A DNA stretch of 64,000 nucleotides from Nitrososphaerales archaeon (GCA_965197925.1 CBDAOC010000018.1:64001-128000); one strand, 5' to 3'. Positions 1 through 11,268 are shown, counted from the first letter of the stretch. Numbers and translations: made by a program. Notes: a model not told the origin generated them from the letters alone.

Positions 1-209
1 CAGCCATCTATACATGAAGAGTTCTTCGGGTTGTCCTGCACCTTGAACTCCTTATGGACACACAGTGTAATAGCATGACTGGTTCCGACATTGGGCTGTT
101 TTGTGGTAAAAGGATAATTTGACACTTCTGCAAATGACATTGTCGCCGCATTAAAGAAAGTAGTTTTTCCAGTATTGGTCTTTCCGATAATCCCTATTTT
201 AATGGGCAT
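1..209 (-). CDS. ychF: YchF/Obg-family ATPase (5' part; runs off window start)
   Basis: Manual translation from ATG at 209: MPIKIGIIGKTNTGKTTFFNAAT...NYPFTTKQPNVG (P-loop and YchF switch motif). Confidence 0.85.
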   Translation of the reverse strand, partial: MPIKIGIIGKTNTGKTTFFNAATMSFAEVSNYPFTTKQPNVGTSHAITLCVHKEFKVQDNPKNSSCIDG

Positions 210-244
210 AAAATCATTTTCTGCTTGCGTTTATTTAAATTATA

Positions 245-589
245 TTATTGCTTTAATCTTTCCAACACACCTTGGATCTCTGCGATTCTCCACAATAATT
301 CGCTTAATTCATTTCCATCAAGCTCATCATTCCACTTATCTAGAGTAATCCTTGAAATTTCTATTGCGTGGTAAACTATGCTCCAGTAAGGATGGTGTTC
401 TGCTGTTGTATAAGCGAGTTCCGACACTTCACTGAGGCCAAAAGTAGCACGCTTCAGTATATCTGAAGATTCACCATAGATCGTTATCATACCGGCCTCA
501 TTGTCACTCCTTACCTTTACGGTAATTCCTTGCTTCTGTAGATCGACCCTTAATTTCCTTACTTCATCAAGAATCTTTTCCATTGACAT
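245..589 (-). CDS. Hypothetical protein
   Basis: 114-aa ORF co-oriented with neighbours; no recognised motif. Confidence 0.7.
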   Translation of the reverse strand: MSMEKILDEVRKLRVDLQKQGITVKVRSDNEAGMITIYGESSDILKRATFGLSEVSELAYTTAEHHPYWSIVYHAIEISRITLDKWNDELDGNELSELLWRIAEIQGVLERLKQ

Positions 590-620
590 TTATTTTCACC
601 TAGCTCCCATTTTGATAACT

Positions 621-1037
621 TCATCTTCCAAACAATTTTCGGTGTTCCCTCATCACACATCTATTATAAACCACCTTGATTCCTTTTTCTAGCGCATCTT
701 TCTCACCTTCTTTGTTACTAATCCCCAATTGCATCCAAACTACCTTCACGCCTCTCGCGATAGCATCTTTCACTATTGCAGGGACATCTTCAGAAGGCCT
801 AAAGATATCAACTATATCAATATCACTTGGGATTTCTTGCAGATTCTTATAACTTTTTTTCCCTAAGATTTCGTTTACTGTAGGATTTACAGGTATCACA
901 TTGTATCCAGCATTAATTAGATATTTTGGTATCTGGTGGGCATCTTTTCCCGGATTTTTTGAAAATCCTACGACGACCACATTCTTCAAAGACATTATTT
1001 CTCTGATCTCAGAGTCTGAGTATCCATCTTTCTCCAT
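621..1037 (-). CDS. CoA-binding protein (YccU-like)
   Basis: VVVGFSKNPGKDAH...VIPVNP...DIVDIFRPSE...VWMQLGI...NRC; likely start MEKDG, downstream of the ORF-track start at 1079. Confidence 0.9.
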   Translation of the reverse strand: MEKDGYSDSEIREIMSLKNVVVVGFSKNPGKDAHQIPKYLINAGYNVIPVNPTVNEILGKKSYKNLQEIPSDIDIVDIFRPSEDVPAIVKDAIARGVKVVWMQLGISNKEGEKDALEKGIKVVYNRCVMREHRKLFGR

Positions 1038-1110
1038 ACCGATTACTCTTGTTAATGATATTAAAGAATGATCAAGCAATAATTATAGTCTAGTATTCCG
1101 GATACAAAAT

Positions 1111-2133
1111 ATGCAAGAGTCGTCTGCAGACAATAAAACCTTGGAAGTTTTGAAGATTCTAAAGAAGGCAGAAAAAAGCTATGTATCAGGTGAATCAATA
1201 AGCAAGAAGACTAAAGTATCAAGAACAGCAATATGGAAGTATATTTCTGTTCTGAGAAAATATGGATATAATATAACTTCCAAGAAAGGCCTAGGTTACA
1301 AACTTCTGAAGAGGAGTGATCTTCTTCTCCCATGGGAGATCAAGGATGGATTGAAGACTCAACGTATAGGTAAGGTAATTCATCATTTCGAAACCATTGA
1401 TTCAACACAGGATCTTGCTATTAGGTTGGCTGAAGGGAATGCCCCAGAAGGGAGTATTGTAATTGGAGAAAATCAAAAAAAAGGAAGAGCCAGAATAGGC
1501 AGAAGGTGGATAGCACCAAAAGGTGGCATATGGGTGTCATTGATACTCAGGCCAAAAATAGCTACTGCAGAAAGTACCTTACTTCCACTGTTGGTATCTT
1601 TAGCGGTATGCAATGCGATCAGGGGTGTTTGCGGTGTGAATGCCAGGTTGAAATGGCCCAATGACGTTGTCATAAACGGAATGAAAGTTGCTGGAATACT
1701 TGCAGAAATGAGTTGTGAGGTCGATCGAATAAATTATGTTGTAATTGGTATAGGTATTAACGCTAACGTAAGTGTTAGAAAGATCGAATCCAGTATAAAA
1801 GGAACAGCTGGATATTACGGGGTTATTTCTTTGATGAAAGAGCTGGACAAGAAAGTTGACAGATTGGTATTGGTTATGAAGACATTCACAGAGATGGAGA
1901 GACTCTATATCGAATTGGAGAAACAAGGCTCTGATACCATAATCCAATCATGGAAGGATCTTTCCGCCACATTGGGCAGCAACGTCACCGTTACACAAGA
2001 TGATCTTTGTTTTGAGGGGAGGGCGGTGGATATAGATTATGATGGGGCTTTGTTGTTGAGATTACCAAATGGTAATATCAAAAGGATAGTTACTGGCGAT
2101 GTATTTGTTCGCCGCAAGAATATTAAAACATGA
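1111..2133 (+). CDS. birA: Bifunctional biotin--protein ligase with N-terminal HTH
   Basis: SGESIS...SRTAIWK HTH; DSTQ, GRARIGRRW, KWPND, KVAGIL, GIGIN motifs. Confidence 0.95.
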   Translation: MQESSADNKTLEVLKILKKAEKSYVSGESISKKTKVSRTAIWKYISVLRKYGYNITSKKGLGYKLLKRSDLLLPWEIKDGLKTQRIGKVIHHFETIDSTQDLAIRLAEGNAPEGSIVIGENQKKGRARIGRRWIAPKGGIWVSLILRPKIATAESTLLPLLVSLAVCNAIRGVCGVNARLKWPNDVVINGMKVAGILAEMSCEVDRINYVVIGIGINANVSVRKIESSIKGTAGYYGVISLMKELDKKVDRLVLVMKTFTEMERLYIELEKQGSDTIIQSWKDLSATLGSNVTVTQDDLCFEGRAVDIDYDGALLLRLPNGNIKRIVTGDVFVRRKNIKT

Positions 2134-2185
2134 CATCTTGTTAAACAAATGCAACTTTTTATCTGCTAATTGTTATTCATTAGAA

Positions 2186-2587
2186 CTATTCACCTTTTGG
2201 CTTCGTTGAACCAAGCCCTACACCTGCACTTGGTCCAGAATTGTTGCGTACCATTTCATCTATCTTTCCCTGAACTTCCTTCAGACTTTCCTTCAACCTT
2301 GTTTCTTGCTTTGAAAGAACCATCGTACGTGTATTTGCAAGTTCTTTCTTCTCTTCCAGCTCTTTAATGATTTCATCCTTGTTTGTCTTTATCAATAATG
2401 GCCCCGCTGTTTTAAAGATCATATTCTCGGCATCTGCCTTATTCAATTCCTCAAGTGCCCTACCCACTTCTACCAGCTCAATCTCTATCTGCTGTTTTTG
2501 CATAAGTAGACTCTGATGGTTTTGCTGGAGTTGGTTGAGTCTTACTACTTGTTCACGTAGCCAGGGTGGTAATTCTTGTTCACTCAT
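2186..2587 (-). CDS. pfdB: Prefoldin beta subunit
   Basis: ELPPWLREQ...coiled coil...IFKTAGPLLIK; position at end of exosome cluster. Confidence 0.92.
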   Translation of the reverse strand: MSEQELPPWLREQVVRLNQLQQNHQSLLMQKQQIEIELVEVGRALEELNKADAENMIFKTAGPLLIKTNKDEIIKELEEKKELANTRTMVLSKQETRLKESLKEVQGKIDEMVRNNSGPSAGVGLGSTKPKGE

Positions 2588-3354
2588 TTTCAGAACAAGT
2601 AAGCGTGATCACTCGTATATATAAACTCATTAAAAGCGCCCAAAGAACATCTATCTCATGGTCTAAATGCATCTCGTCGGCCTCAAGTATCCTATATTTT
2701 CTACCAACTTCATTCAAGTTTTAGTGTAATTTATTATGTAGATTTTTTATTCTAATTTATTACGGCTGGGACTTTAAGAAGGTTTTATACATGTAAGAGC
2801 AATTAGATTTGAATCTATTAGCATATAAGATATTTACATTTCGTAGATATTATGTCAGTAGTTATTACAAATGCCTTATAATGAAAGTAGGTCGATAGAT
2901 GATGACGTGAAATCATCTATTACAACCATTTCGATTGCAAGACGGTAGGAGTGATACTTGCAAATTGGGATTAGGGAAGTGCTTATTCAGTCACACTAGA
3001 TTGTTATGATGGAGCACTAGGATAGAAAAAATACCAAATCTCCCATAAAGGTATGAGTTCCTGGGCATAAAAGGATCCCTTTTGGAAAAGAGTAATAGTT
3101 TTAGATAAACAGGGTTCTTTTATCATCGAAATTCTATGTTTTGAAACCAAAGAGTCTTTTGAAAACCCATGAAATCTGCATATAACCCATATTTCTTCAC
3201 CGAATCATCACTTATCTGGGCAACAGTTTTTTCCTTGAACAAAATAGATCAGAGAAAATTACTTCGTTCATTTACAAAATCATGTTCTATCTATGAATTC
3301 CAAGTGTAAATATTGGAAAAGACCAAGACCATTTATGAAATTACGGAGCTTAAT

Positions 3355-3603
3355 TTACAAGGGTAAATCTAGGCAACTAACAGCTGTGCGAAAAAGTCTT
3401 AGATATGAGTTTAAGCTTGCTCTTAAATCTGAAATCTGGTCTGAAGCAATGTTAATAATTACTGTGTTATCCGCAATTGTGATGCTTGCCTTTGTATTTC
3501 TTTCATTGGAATAAATCATATCGGGCTTTAAGGCAGAAAATACAATTTTTGAATTCTTCGTCCTTATTTCTATCGTAGCATTATGACTTTTTGACGATGT
3601 CAT
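3355..3603 (-). CDS. pcc1: KEOPS complex subunit Pcc1
   Basis: From internal ATG MTSSKS...ALKPD...DLRASLNSYLRL; sits downstream of rpl37ae as in the archaeal exosome superoperon. Confidence 0.8.
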   Translation of the reverse strand: MTSSKSHNATIEIRTKNSKIVFSALKPDMIYSNERNTKASITIADNTVIINIASDQISDLRASLNSYLRLFRTAVSCLDLPL

Positions 3604-3805
3604 AGGCTCTGCTTGTAATGGTGTATCGACATTTAGGACACCACCATATGCCCAATACCTTCCGTCTAAACTTTCTCGAACCACATTCAAGGCATCGCCG
3701 TTTCTGCTTTAAGGTAATAAATGCCTTGGTATACCTACGCCTAAGAGTTGCACCATACTTCTGGCGCAATCCACCCAACGATTCCTTCTTTCTAGACCGA
3801 GCCAC
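3581..3805 (-). CDS. rpl37ae: 50S ribosomal protein L37Ae (eL43)
   Basis: KYGATLRRR, CxxC...GIWWCPKC zinc ribbon; probable GTG start at 3805. Confidence 0.92.
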   Translation of the reverse strand: MARSRKKESLGGLRQKYGATLRRRYTKAFITLKQKRRCLECGSRKFRRKVLGIWWCPKCRYTITSRAYDIVKKS

Positions 3806-4622
3806 TTTCTGCAACCTTCTTCAGTAACGGTCTTATCTCCTTACCCTTGGCAATAGCGTTATCCACTATTTCATGTATTTGTTCCACTGAAAATGCCCCC
3901 GTACTTCCCCTTTGTACAGCACATACATTACCATCCGAATCCGTTGTCATTGTAACTCTCCCATTCATGACCGCTTCCTCCTCAGATATAGGGTCAGCAA
4001 TTATCGAAGAGCCTATCTTTGCCATAGTGACCGATACTGGCACAGTTCGTACTGGTGCAGGAATTACCTCTCCAGTATCGATAACTTTACCGTTCTCCAC
4101 CTTTAACTTGGGTAATTTAGTAGTTAGCAATGCACTCACAGCAGCATAAGAAGCAGCATCGAATAGATTACCTCCCATATTTATGATGCTAGAGTCAACA
4201 AAAACGGCATATACAACCTTCCCTTCTATCAACACAAGTTTCTCTAAATCGATCATTTCTGATTCCCTTATCCCGCGGTCAACCACCCTTGCCAATTCTA
4301 CAGCTTCTTCATCTGGTGGACCAGGTTCGCTATGTGCTGATGCTAAGGGCAAAACTTCAGCATTGCAAATCAATATCCCCTTTTTTTCTAATCCTTCATA
4401 AGGCTCATCTGTAGATATCTTTATGCCTGTGATAACTTGAGTATTTCCCAAGGTAACACGCGCGGAACCATTAGCTTTCTGGATAACATTAGTTTCAATC
4501 TTTATGGGTCTATATTCATTCAAACCTCTCCCATCAAGTCTCTTCCCTTCACCCAAAAGCTCCTGCATTTGGACTCTACGCAACTGATCTAATATCATAC
4601 TAGATTTTCTTGCACTACTCAT
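3792..4622 (-). CDS. rrp42: Exosome complex component Rrp42
   Basis: [38 protein letters not shown]; RNase PH fold. Confidence 0.96.
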   Translation of the reverse strand: MSSARKSSMILDQLRRVQMQELLGEGKRLDGRGLNEYRPIKIETNVIQKANGSARVTLGNTQVITGIKISTDEPYEGLEKKGILICNAEVLPLASAHSEPGPPDEEAVELARVVDRGIRESEMIDLEKLVLIEGKVVYAVFVDSSIINMGGNLFDAASYAAVSALLTTKLPKLKVENGKVIDTGEVIPAPVRTVPVSVTMAKIGSSIIADPISEEEAVMNGRVTMTTDSDGNVCAVQRGSTGAFSVEQIHEIVDNAIAKGKEIRPLLKKVAESGSV

Positions 4623-5356
4623 GTTGTCTCCCCTAATTCCATACCGTTACCAAAGTATTTCTTCATAAGTGCCTCCTTTTGTAAATCATATATCTTCATG
4701 CAGCCCTTAATGGCCATATCCAAACATTTCTTATACTCCTGACTGGACAGCATACCATCTACCTGCATAAGTGTAACCTGTTTTAGATTAGGCATATATG
4801 CTATTGGCATGTCTGCCTGTCCTTCCTTGTCCTCCTCATCAATTATGTCTAACACAATGGTATCATTAACCTTGCCAGCAGCGCAAGCAGCAACCATATC
4901 CCGCATGTTGATTCCTGCATCTGCCAGGGCGACAGATGCAGCCGCTATACCCGCACACCTAGAGCCGCCGTCCGACTGTAATATTTCAATGTAAACATCA
5001 ATAGCTGTTCTAGGATAATTTTCCAGTATAACTGACGGTTCCAAGGCCTCTTTTGAGATCTTTGAGATCTCGATTTCACGTCTAGATGGTGCAGGATTTT
5101 TTCTTTCATCTACTGAGTAAGGTGCCATGTGATACCTACATCTAAGGACTCCCCTACTAGATAATGCCATATGTTTTGGGTGAGCTTCCCTTGGTCCATA
5201 AACCGCAACCATGATTTTGTTATTTCCAAACTCTATATATGCCGAACCGTCGGCATTTTTCAATACGCCAGCCTCAATTTTCACTGGTCTAAGTTCTTCA
5301 ATCCCCCTTCCATCAGTTCGACTAAAACCTTTAGCCAAATTACCCATTGTTATCAC
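4619..5356 (-). CDS. rrp41: Exosome complex exonuclease Rrp41
   Basis: [32 protein letters not shown]. Confidence 0.96.
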   Translation of the reverse strand: MITMGNLAKGFSRTDGRGIEELRPVKIEAGVLKNADGSAYIEFGNNKIMVAVYGPREAHPKHMALSSRGVLRCRYHMAPYSVDERKNPAPSRREIEISKISKEALEPSVILENYPRTAIDVYIEILQSDGGSRCAGIAAASVALADAGINMRDMVAACAAGKVNDTIVLDIIDEEDKEGQADMPIAYMPNLKQVTLMQVDGMLSSQEYKKCLDMAIKGCMKIYDLQKEALMKKYFGNGMELGETT

Positions 5357-6032
5357 CCATTGAACTTTGCAACATATCTTTTACACGCTGAGTAAGATTC
5401 ACTGTATGAGCCTCTTCATCTACCATCCTTATAGCCTTAACTGCCAGCATTACGCTATCTGAAGATGAGCCCGAAACTACTATAATACCGTTTTGACCAA
5501 TAATTATCTTGCACCGAGTACTCTGTTCTATAGTTTGAATCATAGAACCTCTTTTTCCTATTAATCTTGGTACTCTTGTAGGAGAGACACTCACTACCTG
5601 CCCCTCTGGGATTAACCCCAGGTCATTATCTGATGCGGTAAGCAACGGGTCTCTGGTCCTGTCAAAATTAGCTATCTTGCACGCAATCAGATCTCCAACA
5701 CGAAAGGTTTGTGTTAGATCATCTTGCGAAGGGGAAAATTCCTTCCCAAACACGTCCTGTGCCGGCAAGTACCCAGCAAAGCATGAGCGAATATCGAGAT
5801 CCCACGCCATTGCAGAGTGTTCCGTAATTTTTCCAATGACTAAATCTCCAATTCTAGGAACATATACACCGGATAGAGGAATAACCTTTGCACCATCATT
5901 TCCAACTTCAGCGATGCCTACCCTCGTAGCATATATCTTATCATTAATCTTTATTGCATTTAGCAGAGGTTTGACATTACCATCTGCAATACAGTCTCCT
6001 GGGATAACATTCATCTTCTGTATGTCTTCCAC
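5340..6032 (-). CDS. rrp4: Exosome RNA-binding protein Rrp4
   Basis: [12 protein letters not shown]1 domain; KH domain [15 protein letters not shown]. Confidence 0.95.
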   Translation of the reverse strand: MEDIQKMNVIPGDCIADGNVKPLLNAIKINDKIYATRVGIAEVGNDGAKVIPLSGVYVPRIGDLVIGKITEHSAMAWDLDIRSCFAGYLPAQDVFGKEFSPSQDDLTQTFRVGDLIACKIANFDRTRDPLLTASDNDLGLIPEGQVVSVSPTRVPRLIGKRGSMIQTIEQSTRCKIIIGQNGIIVVSGSSSDSVMLAVKAIRMVDEEAHTVNLTQRVKDMLQSSMGDNNG

Positions 6033-6721
6033 TATTTGATCACCATCACCTGTGCAGAACCCTTTGTAACCGAACCTAACCTGTCCATTAACGTTGATTG
6101 AATAGCAGCTGGTATTTCAACTATTGCTTTAAGTGAACCATCAGCCTGCCATTCTTCGTTCTGCATTTCACAAATCTTCTTTATCACGCTATAAGACTGT
6201 GCTGCAAAATTAGCCGGAATAACAATTGAAAGCCTTAGTTGTTCTGTCTTTAATGGCAAGATTGGTCTCAATTCATCAATAATCTTCTTGACCTGGGCTT
6301 CAGCATTGGTGAAGGGATCTATTACTGCACCAGCTTCTACTACGGCATTCTCTATCCTTGTCGGGGGATGAGGTAAATGCGTTTTAGGGTCAACGTAGCT
6401 CCTCGATATTAGCTGCACTATTTGCTTTCGCTTTTCTACCACGAATCGTTTCCTCTGCTCAGTAGTCATATTTAGTTCCCCTTTCTCCATTATCATTTTA
6501 GCTATATCCGTGGGATTGGTGGTTTTAAAATGTTTCATCAATTTCTCATCAGAAATTCTTTTCCCATTATTAGCGTCAGTGTATATCTCGTCAGATGCTA
6601 GAACATTTGAAAGATCTGTACGCCTACCCATTTTAAAGTCAAGTGCGGGATCAGGCTTTACAAGAAGTTCAAATTTTTCACCTTCAATGGTGAGCCTGAC
6701 TACCGTTAACTTTGTTGACAT
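6032..6721 (-). CDS. Ribosome maturation factor SBDS/Sdo1
   Basis: GEKFELLV, TTEQR, DPKTHLPHPPTRIE. Confidence 0.95.
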   Translation of the reverse strand: MSTKLTVVRLTIEGEKFELLVKPDPALDFKMGRRTDLSNVLASDEIYTDANNGKRISDEKLMKHFKTTNPTDIAKMIMEKGELNMTTEQRKRFVVEKRKQIVQLISRSYVDPKTHLPHPPTRIENAVVEAGAVIDPFTNAEAQVKKIIDELRPILPLKTEQLRLSIVIPANFAAQSYSVIKKICEMQNEEWQADGSLKAIVEIPAAIQSTLMDRLGSVTKGSAQVMVIK

Positions 6722-6799
6722 ACTAGAAAGTCATCAGGTCAGATATATATAATCTATGCAAATCAACATACTGTATCGAATAATTACCTTATTATAGCA

Positions 6800-7210
6800 G
6801 TTATCCAAACCCTTTTCGATTCATTGCAATGAACAAGTTGTATATGGATGCTTAAAGTATTAGTTCCTTCACCATATTCTTCCATCTTACCTCCTTTACA
6901 TGTTCAAAGTCACGCTTGAATGCAGCGAATACCGATTTTTCAGCCCATCTATGTACATATTCATGATTCTTCTACCATGCATCAAGATCCTCCTTCTGCT
7001 TTATTACTGATAGCTTCCATGGTATATACCCCTTGCTTTTGTAGTTGCTTTCTTCTTCACCTTTCACTGGTCCAATGCTGCTATCTGATAGAAGCCTGAA
7101 CTTCCTTCTAGAATCATAAGATCTTTCTAGAATAATAAGCTCCAACTGCTATCACTGAATATATTACCTTTCTTCAACACCTCTTTTATCATATACATCA
7201 TCTTCTTTGA
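6800..7210 (-). pseudogene. Degenerate IS5-family (IS903/ISH1-like) transposase C-terminal remnant
   Basis: Stop-riddled minus-strand pieces VIAVGAY..YDSRRKF..., HRWAEKSVFAAFKR...WKNMVKELIL*ASIYNLF; boundaries approximate. Confidence 0.65.
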
Positions 7211-7651
7211 AGATAAGAAGAGGGTCAAGACACGACACTAGATTTTAAGCTATTGCTGCAATGGCATCAAATATTATGCCATTGTCTATAGTTGTAGCTG
7301 ATAAAGGCTCTGACAGCAAAGTCAATCACGAATTTGTAAGGGGCCATCTAGATGCTGTGAGCATAATCCCTGATAAATATGGAATGTTCCGGTATAGATG
7401 GTGTAATGAAGATATAGGAGGCAGATGAAGAGGAAATTCTGTACACGTCTATACTTTCAAAGAATAAAGAGTCGATAAAGTCGTGGTAAAGCGATTGTTA
7501 TGTGAGTCTATACTATCAAGATCTGTTAGGATGCAAAACAAATAGCGTTTTTCAGAGTAATTGGTTACAACATGCACAGATTAACTGTATTAATGGTATG
7601 TTTTTTACAGAACCAAAACTTCGTTAGATTTTTAAATGACCAGCAGGGTAT

Positions 7652-8332
7652 GTGTTTGAAAAGAGCATGGCATCGATAGATATAGTTTCACAGTCAGATG
7701 ATAATATAATTCTGAAATTAAGGGATATACCTAGAGAATATGCAAACGCGTTGAGGCGTATAGCCTTGAGCGAGGTTCCGACAATGGCTATAGACGATGT
7801 TGTTATATTAGATAACTCATCTGTCATTCATGATGAGGCTATGGCTCATCGCCTTGCTCTAATTCCTCTCCGCACTGAATTGGAAAGATTTGTGATGGCT
7901 CACGAATGCGATTGCGATAGTTCTTTGGGATGCTCAAGGTGTAGGGTTATGTTATATATTGATTCTAGTGCACAAGACCAAAGCAGAACAGTTTTGTCTG
8001 GTGAATTAAATTCTGAAGATGATTATGTAAAGCCAGTTAGTAGTGACATACCGATAGTGATTCTCGCTCCCTCACAAAAGCTTAAAGTGGAAGCGTATGC
8101 AAGATTGGGAACGGGAAAAATGCATGCAAAGTGGCAACCAGTTTCCACTTCTATATTAAAAGAGACGGATGGCAAGAAAGAAGAATTCACACTGGAAGTT
8201 GAAACTATTGGTATGCTGACACCTACAGAAGTAATAGAACAATCAATGAAAATACTTGAACAAAAAATAAAGATGTTTGGAGAAAAAGCCAAGGAGTTAA
8301 AATCATTTGTTAAACAATCCAGTGCTAAGTGA
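7652..8332 (+). CDS. rpoD: DNA-directed RNA polymerase subunit D (Rpo3)
   Basis: ANALRR, EVPTMAIDDV, NSSVIHDE, AHRLALIPL, HAKWQP. Confidence 0.96.
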   Translation: MFEKSMASIDIVSQSDDNIILKLRDIPREYANALRRIALSEVPTMAIDDVVILDNSSVIHDEAMAHRLALIPLRTELERFVMAHECDCDSSLGCSRCRVMLYIDSSAQDQSRTVLSGELNSEDDYVKPVSSDIPIVILAPSQKLKVEAYARLGTGKMHAKWQPVSTSILKETDGKKEEFTLEVETIGMLTPTEVIEQSMKILEQKIKMFGEKAKELKSFVKQSSAK

Positions 8333-8654
8333 AGGAATTTGGGCTGTTAGGGCTGCCTACGTGAGGACTAAGGCACCCATCTGGTTGAAATTACGAGAAC
8401 TACTGGAGAGTTCGGGTCCTAAGCATGAAGTTGATCTGGCCAAACTTTCTAAATTAACAGAACCTGGGGATATTGTAATTGTTCCTGGTAAGGTACTGGG
8501 CATGGGAAATATGGATCATAATATTACACTTTGCGCTTTTTCACTATCAGAGAACGCTGCCAGAAAAATAGTTGATGCTGACGGTAAGATTTTTAGTGTT
8601 AAGGAATTTGTTGAAGAGTATCCTAAAGGGAGTAAGGTGAAAATAATTGGCTGA
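8307..8654 (+). CDS. rpl18e: 50S ribosomal protein L18e
   Basis: APIW, VIVPGKVLG; follows rpoD. Confidence 0.92.
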   Translation: MLNNPVLSEGIWAVRAAYVRTKAPIWLKLRELLESSGPKHEVDLAKLSKLTEPGDIVIVPGKVLGMGNMDHNITLCAFSLSENAARKIVDADGKIFSVKEFVEEYPKGSKVKIIG

Positions 8655-9081
8655 ACAGGTAATAGTTGATGCTAAAGATCATATAGCAGGTAGATTATGT
8701 TCTTATGTTGCGAAGATATTACTGAAAGGGAATATGGTTGTGGTAATTAATGCAGAAAAGGCAATGTTGTCTGGAGATAAATATTCTATAATAAGGGAAT
8801 GGCATGATTATCTGGAAGTCGGTAGCATAATCAATCCAATACATGGTCCTTTCCATGCAAGGAGACCTGATAGGATAATAACAAGGATGATCAGGGGTAT
8901 GGTTCCTAGGAGAAAAACATCGGGTGATAATGCTATGAAACGTTTAAGAGTTTATATAGGAATGCCAAAAATTTATGAAGATAGTAAAATGACAGGGTTT
9001 GATGATGCCAAGATCCGGAAGCCTTCTTCATATTACATGAGTGTGAGAGATCTTGCGAAATCCATTGGGTGGAATGAATAA
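8647..9081 (+). CDS. rpl13: 50S ribosomal protein L13
   Basis: IAGRLCS, NAEKA, GPFHARRPD, RGMVP. Confidence 0.95.
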   Translation: MAEQVIVDAKDHIAGRLCSYVAKILLKGNMVVVINAEKAMLSGDKYSIIREWHDYLEVGSIINPIHGPFHARRPDRIITRMIRGMVPRRKTSGDNAMKRLRVYIGMPKIYEDSKMTGFDDAKIRKPSSYYMSVRDLAKSIGWNE

Positions 9082-9524
9082 TGACTAAAATTGAACTTTA
9101 CTCTGCGAATAGAAAGAGGGCTAGAGCTGTTGCTAGAATAGTACCTGGCAGGGGCAGAATTAGGATCAACAACATCCCGGCTGAATTGATTACTCCTGAA
9201 ATCGCAAAGGAGATCATTCTTACGCCCATAGAAATTGCAGGTGAACCAAGAAATGAGGTCGATATCAGTGTTAGAGTTGAAGGCGGTGGCTATATTGGGG
9301 GAGCGTTTGCTAGTGCAATTGCTATATCTAGGGCTCTAACGGGATATATCAAGGGTAAGAAAGATCCTAAAGATCATCCTTTGCAGAAATCCGTTAGAGA
9401 AGAGATAAAGGAAAGAATTGTTGAATATGATAGGCATCTATTAATAGGAGATCCTAGACGAACTGAACCTAAAAAATTTGGTGGTCTAGGTGCTAGAACA
9501 AGGAAACAAAAGTCTTATCGTTAA
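9081..9524 (+). CDS. rps9: 30S ribosomal protein S9
   Basis: GGG, DPRRTEPKKFGG, KQKSYR. Confidence 0.96.
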   Translation: MTKIELYSANRKRARAVARIVPGRGRIRINNIPAELITPEIAKEIILTPIEIAGEPRNEVDISVRVEGGGYIGGAFASAIAISRALTGYIKGKKDPKDHPLQKSVREEIKERIVEYDRHLLIGDPRRTEPKKFGGLGARTRKQKSYR

Positions 9525-9639
9525 CCTCTTACCAAAAATCACAGAAGGTTGTTTGTTATAATCAACCAATGCAATACCACAATGGAGTTAATATCAAAGA
9601 TTTTGTCTCTTCATCTTTGATTCATTTCTGAGCTGTTGG

Positions 9640-9940
9640 ATCGTTGCTGCGTGAATTTCATCTATAATTTTATAACGAGTTAAAAGCTTATGAAACACAC
9701 TCGGCTGATCCAATCCTGGACACTTCTATGACATGTAGAGCCTTTGTATTCTTTTAGTATCTTCTCAACTGGCATCAGGTTCTTAACTAATTTAAGCCAA
9801 CCAATACTTTTCTACATGATGCAGCAGGTCTTCCAACTGTATCAACTGGCTTCTCTGTTGCAAGGATCTTTTACATTTCTTTGCATAAATCATGGAGTAC
9901 TATCCATATCGTTGTAATGTTCTTCTCATTTTTCTTCATA
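9640..9940 (-). pseudogene. Degenerate IS5-family transposase N-terminal remnant (related to the 18.4-19.5 kb element)
   Basis: TTIWIVLHDLCKEM*KILATEKPVDTVGRPA... matches PTIWHMPDNLWEEFKLVLSPEKPARTVGRPA at 18985-19383; STCH also retained; boundaries approximate. Confidence 0.75.
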
Positions 9941-10057
9941 GATTGAAATGTGAGGGGGGAACTAGATCCGTTTTTGTAGAAGAAATTGGTTAAATTAATA
10001 ATTTTGTGAAAACTCTGCATGAATATTTTGGAACGAATTTTTCTACCCTGAGCATTT

Positions 10058-10273
10058 TTATCTATATTTCCTGAACAAAGTTTCATGTAGTCTTTTCACA
10101 TGAAAGATCCTACTCGCGGGTATTGTCTGAAATTCTTCTGATATTTGTAAGAATTGCAACAAATTTACTTCCTTGATTTCATCATAATCTCGATATCCTA
10201 CGAAATAAAGTTCAGGATTGTCCGCATGAATTGCTTTATTAAATATCTCCTTTAACTTACCCTTTCGCGCCAA
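10058..10273 (-). CDS. DUF504 / MJ1316-like small protein
   Basis: VGYRD...IPASRI pattern, 71 aa. Confidence 0.7.
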   Translation of the reverse strand: MARKGKLKEIFNKAIHADNPELYFVGYRDYDEIKEVNLLQFLQISEEFQTIPASRIFHVKRLHETLFRKYR

Positions 10274-10329
10274 TATTTAAACTATAAAATACTATATAAT
10301 AAAGTCTAATTTCCTGGGAAAGAAAGGAT

Positions 10330-10765
10330 ATGGTAGATCCCAAAAGGGAGAAAATGTAGAAATGGTGGAGATAAATGCAGACGAAATTATTGCATTTCAT
10401 TTCTACTGACTCACTTTTATCTACATGGAGGGATAGGATTCACAACGCTCACAAACCTGTTCAAAAATAACGCAATGGGCGAGTTGAAACATGTAGAAAT
10501 GCTTGCGTACAGATTAAACTAGCTGGGCATTCGCTTTCACCAATCTAGCCGAATGATTGAGGAACAGCAACGTTGGGGATATTCAACCAGAGCAATACCT
10601 TACATTCTAGAAATCTGTGCAAAAAGCTATGGAAATACCAGGAATTGTCAGAGCGCTACAATAAAATAATGAAGGTGAATGGAGTGAATATCGTGACCTA
10701 CGAACTGGTTGGTGATATACTTGCTGAAGAAGTAAAGGTAGAGTAGGATTTGGAGGATATACTCA
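10330..10765 (+). pseudogene. Ferritin-like (Dps-like/bacterioferritin) pseudogene
   Basis: Fragments NLFKNNAMGELKHVEMLAYRLN*LG and VTYELVGDILAEEVKVE*DLEDIL (ExxH and EE di-iron motifs) with several stops and frameshifts. Confidence 0.7.
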
Positions 10766-10778
10766 ACCATTTGACAAT

Positions 10779-11267
10779 TTAGGGAATATAATTAAGGAGG
10801 CCGCCGGCATCGATTATTTTTCTAATCAATTCTGAAAATGGTTTCATTTTGTATACTTTAGATTTAGTAAGGTTCTTCACCTCACTTTTGTCTATATCAA
10901 TCACCAACTGATCTTTATCACTTATACTTCCATATGCATCCTTATCTATTTCTATAGGAAGCAAGTGAGCACCGTCTACTGAATTCCTGTAAAATATTCT
11001 TGCAAATGATAATGCCAGTACAGCAGTTATACCTGCATGCTTTAACGCTATAGGAGCATGTTCTCTACTTGAGCCACAACCGAAGTTCTCCCCTGCAATA
11101 ACAAAGTCACCCTGATTTACCTTCTTAATAAATTCTATATCAAGACCCTCCATAGCGTGTTTTGCAAGTTCATTAGGATCCATTATTTTTAGATAAGGGC
11201 CAGGTATTATAACATCGGTATCGATATTGTCCATTTCATATTTGTGTGCTATACCATTCAAATTCAC
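10779..11267 (-). CDS. leuD: 3-isopropylmalate dehydratase small subunit
   Basis: NIDTDVIIP, NFGCGSSREHA, FARIFYRN. Confidence 0.93.
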   Translation of the reverse strand: MNLNGIAHKYEMDNIDTDVIIPGPYLKIMDPNELAKHAMEGLDIEFIKKVNQGDFVIAGENFGCGSSREHAPIALKHAGITAVLALSFARIFYRNSVDGAHLLPIEIDKDAYGSISDKDQLVIDIDKSEVKNLTKSKVYKMKPFSELIRKIIDAGGLLNYIP

Positions 11268-11268
11268 T

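Noticed and set aside
3293..3514. 73-aa plus-strand membrane-like ORF
   Set aside because: Antisense to pcc1, which fits the conserved operon
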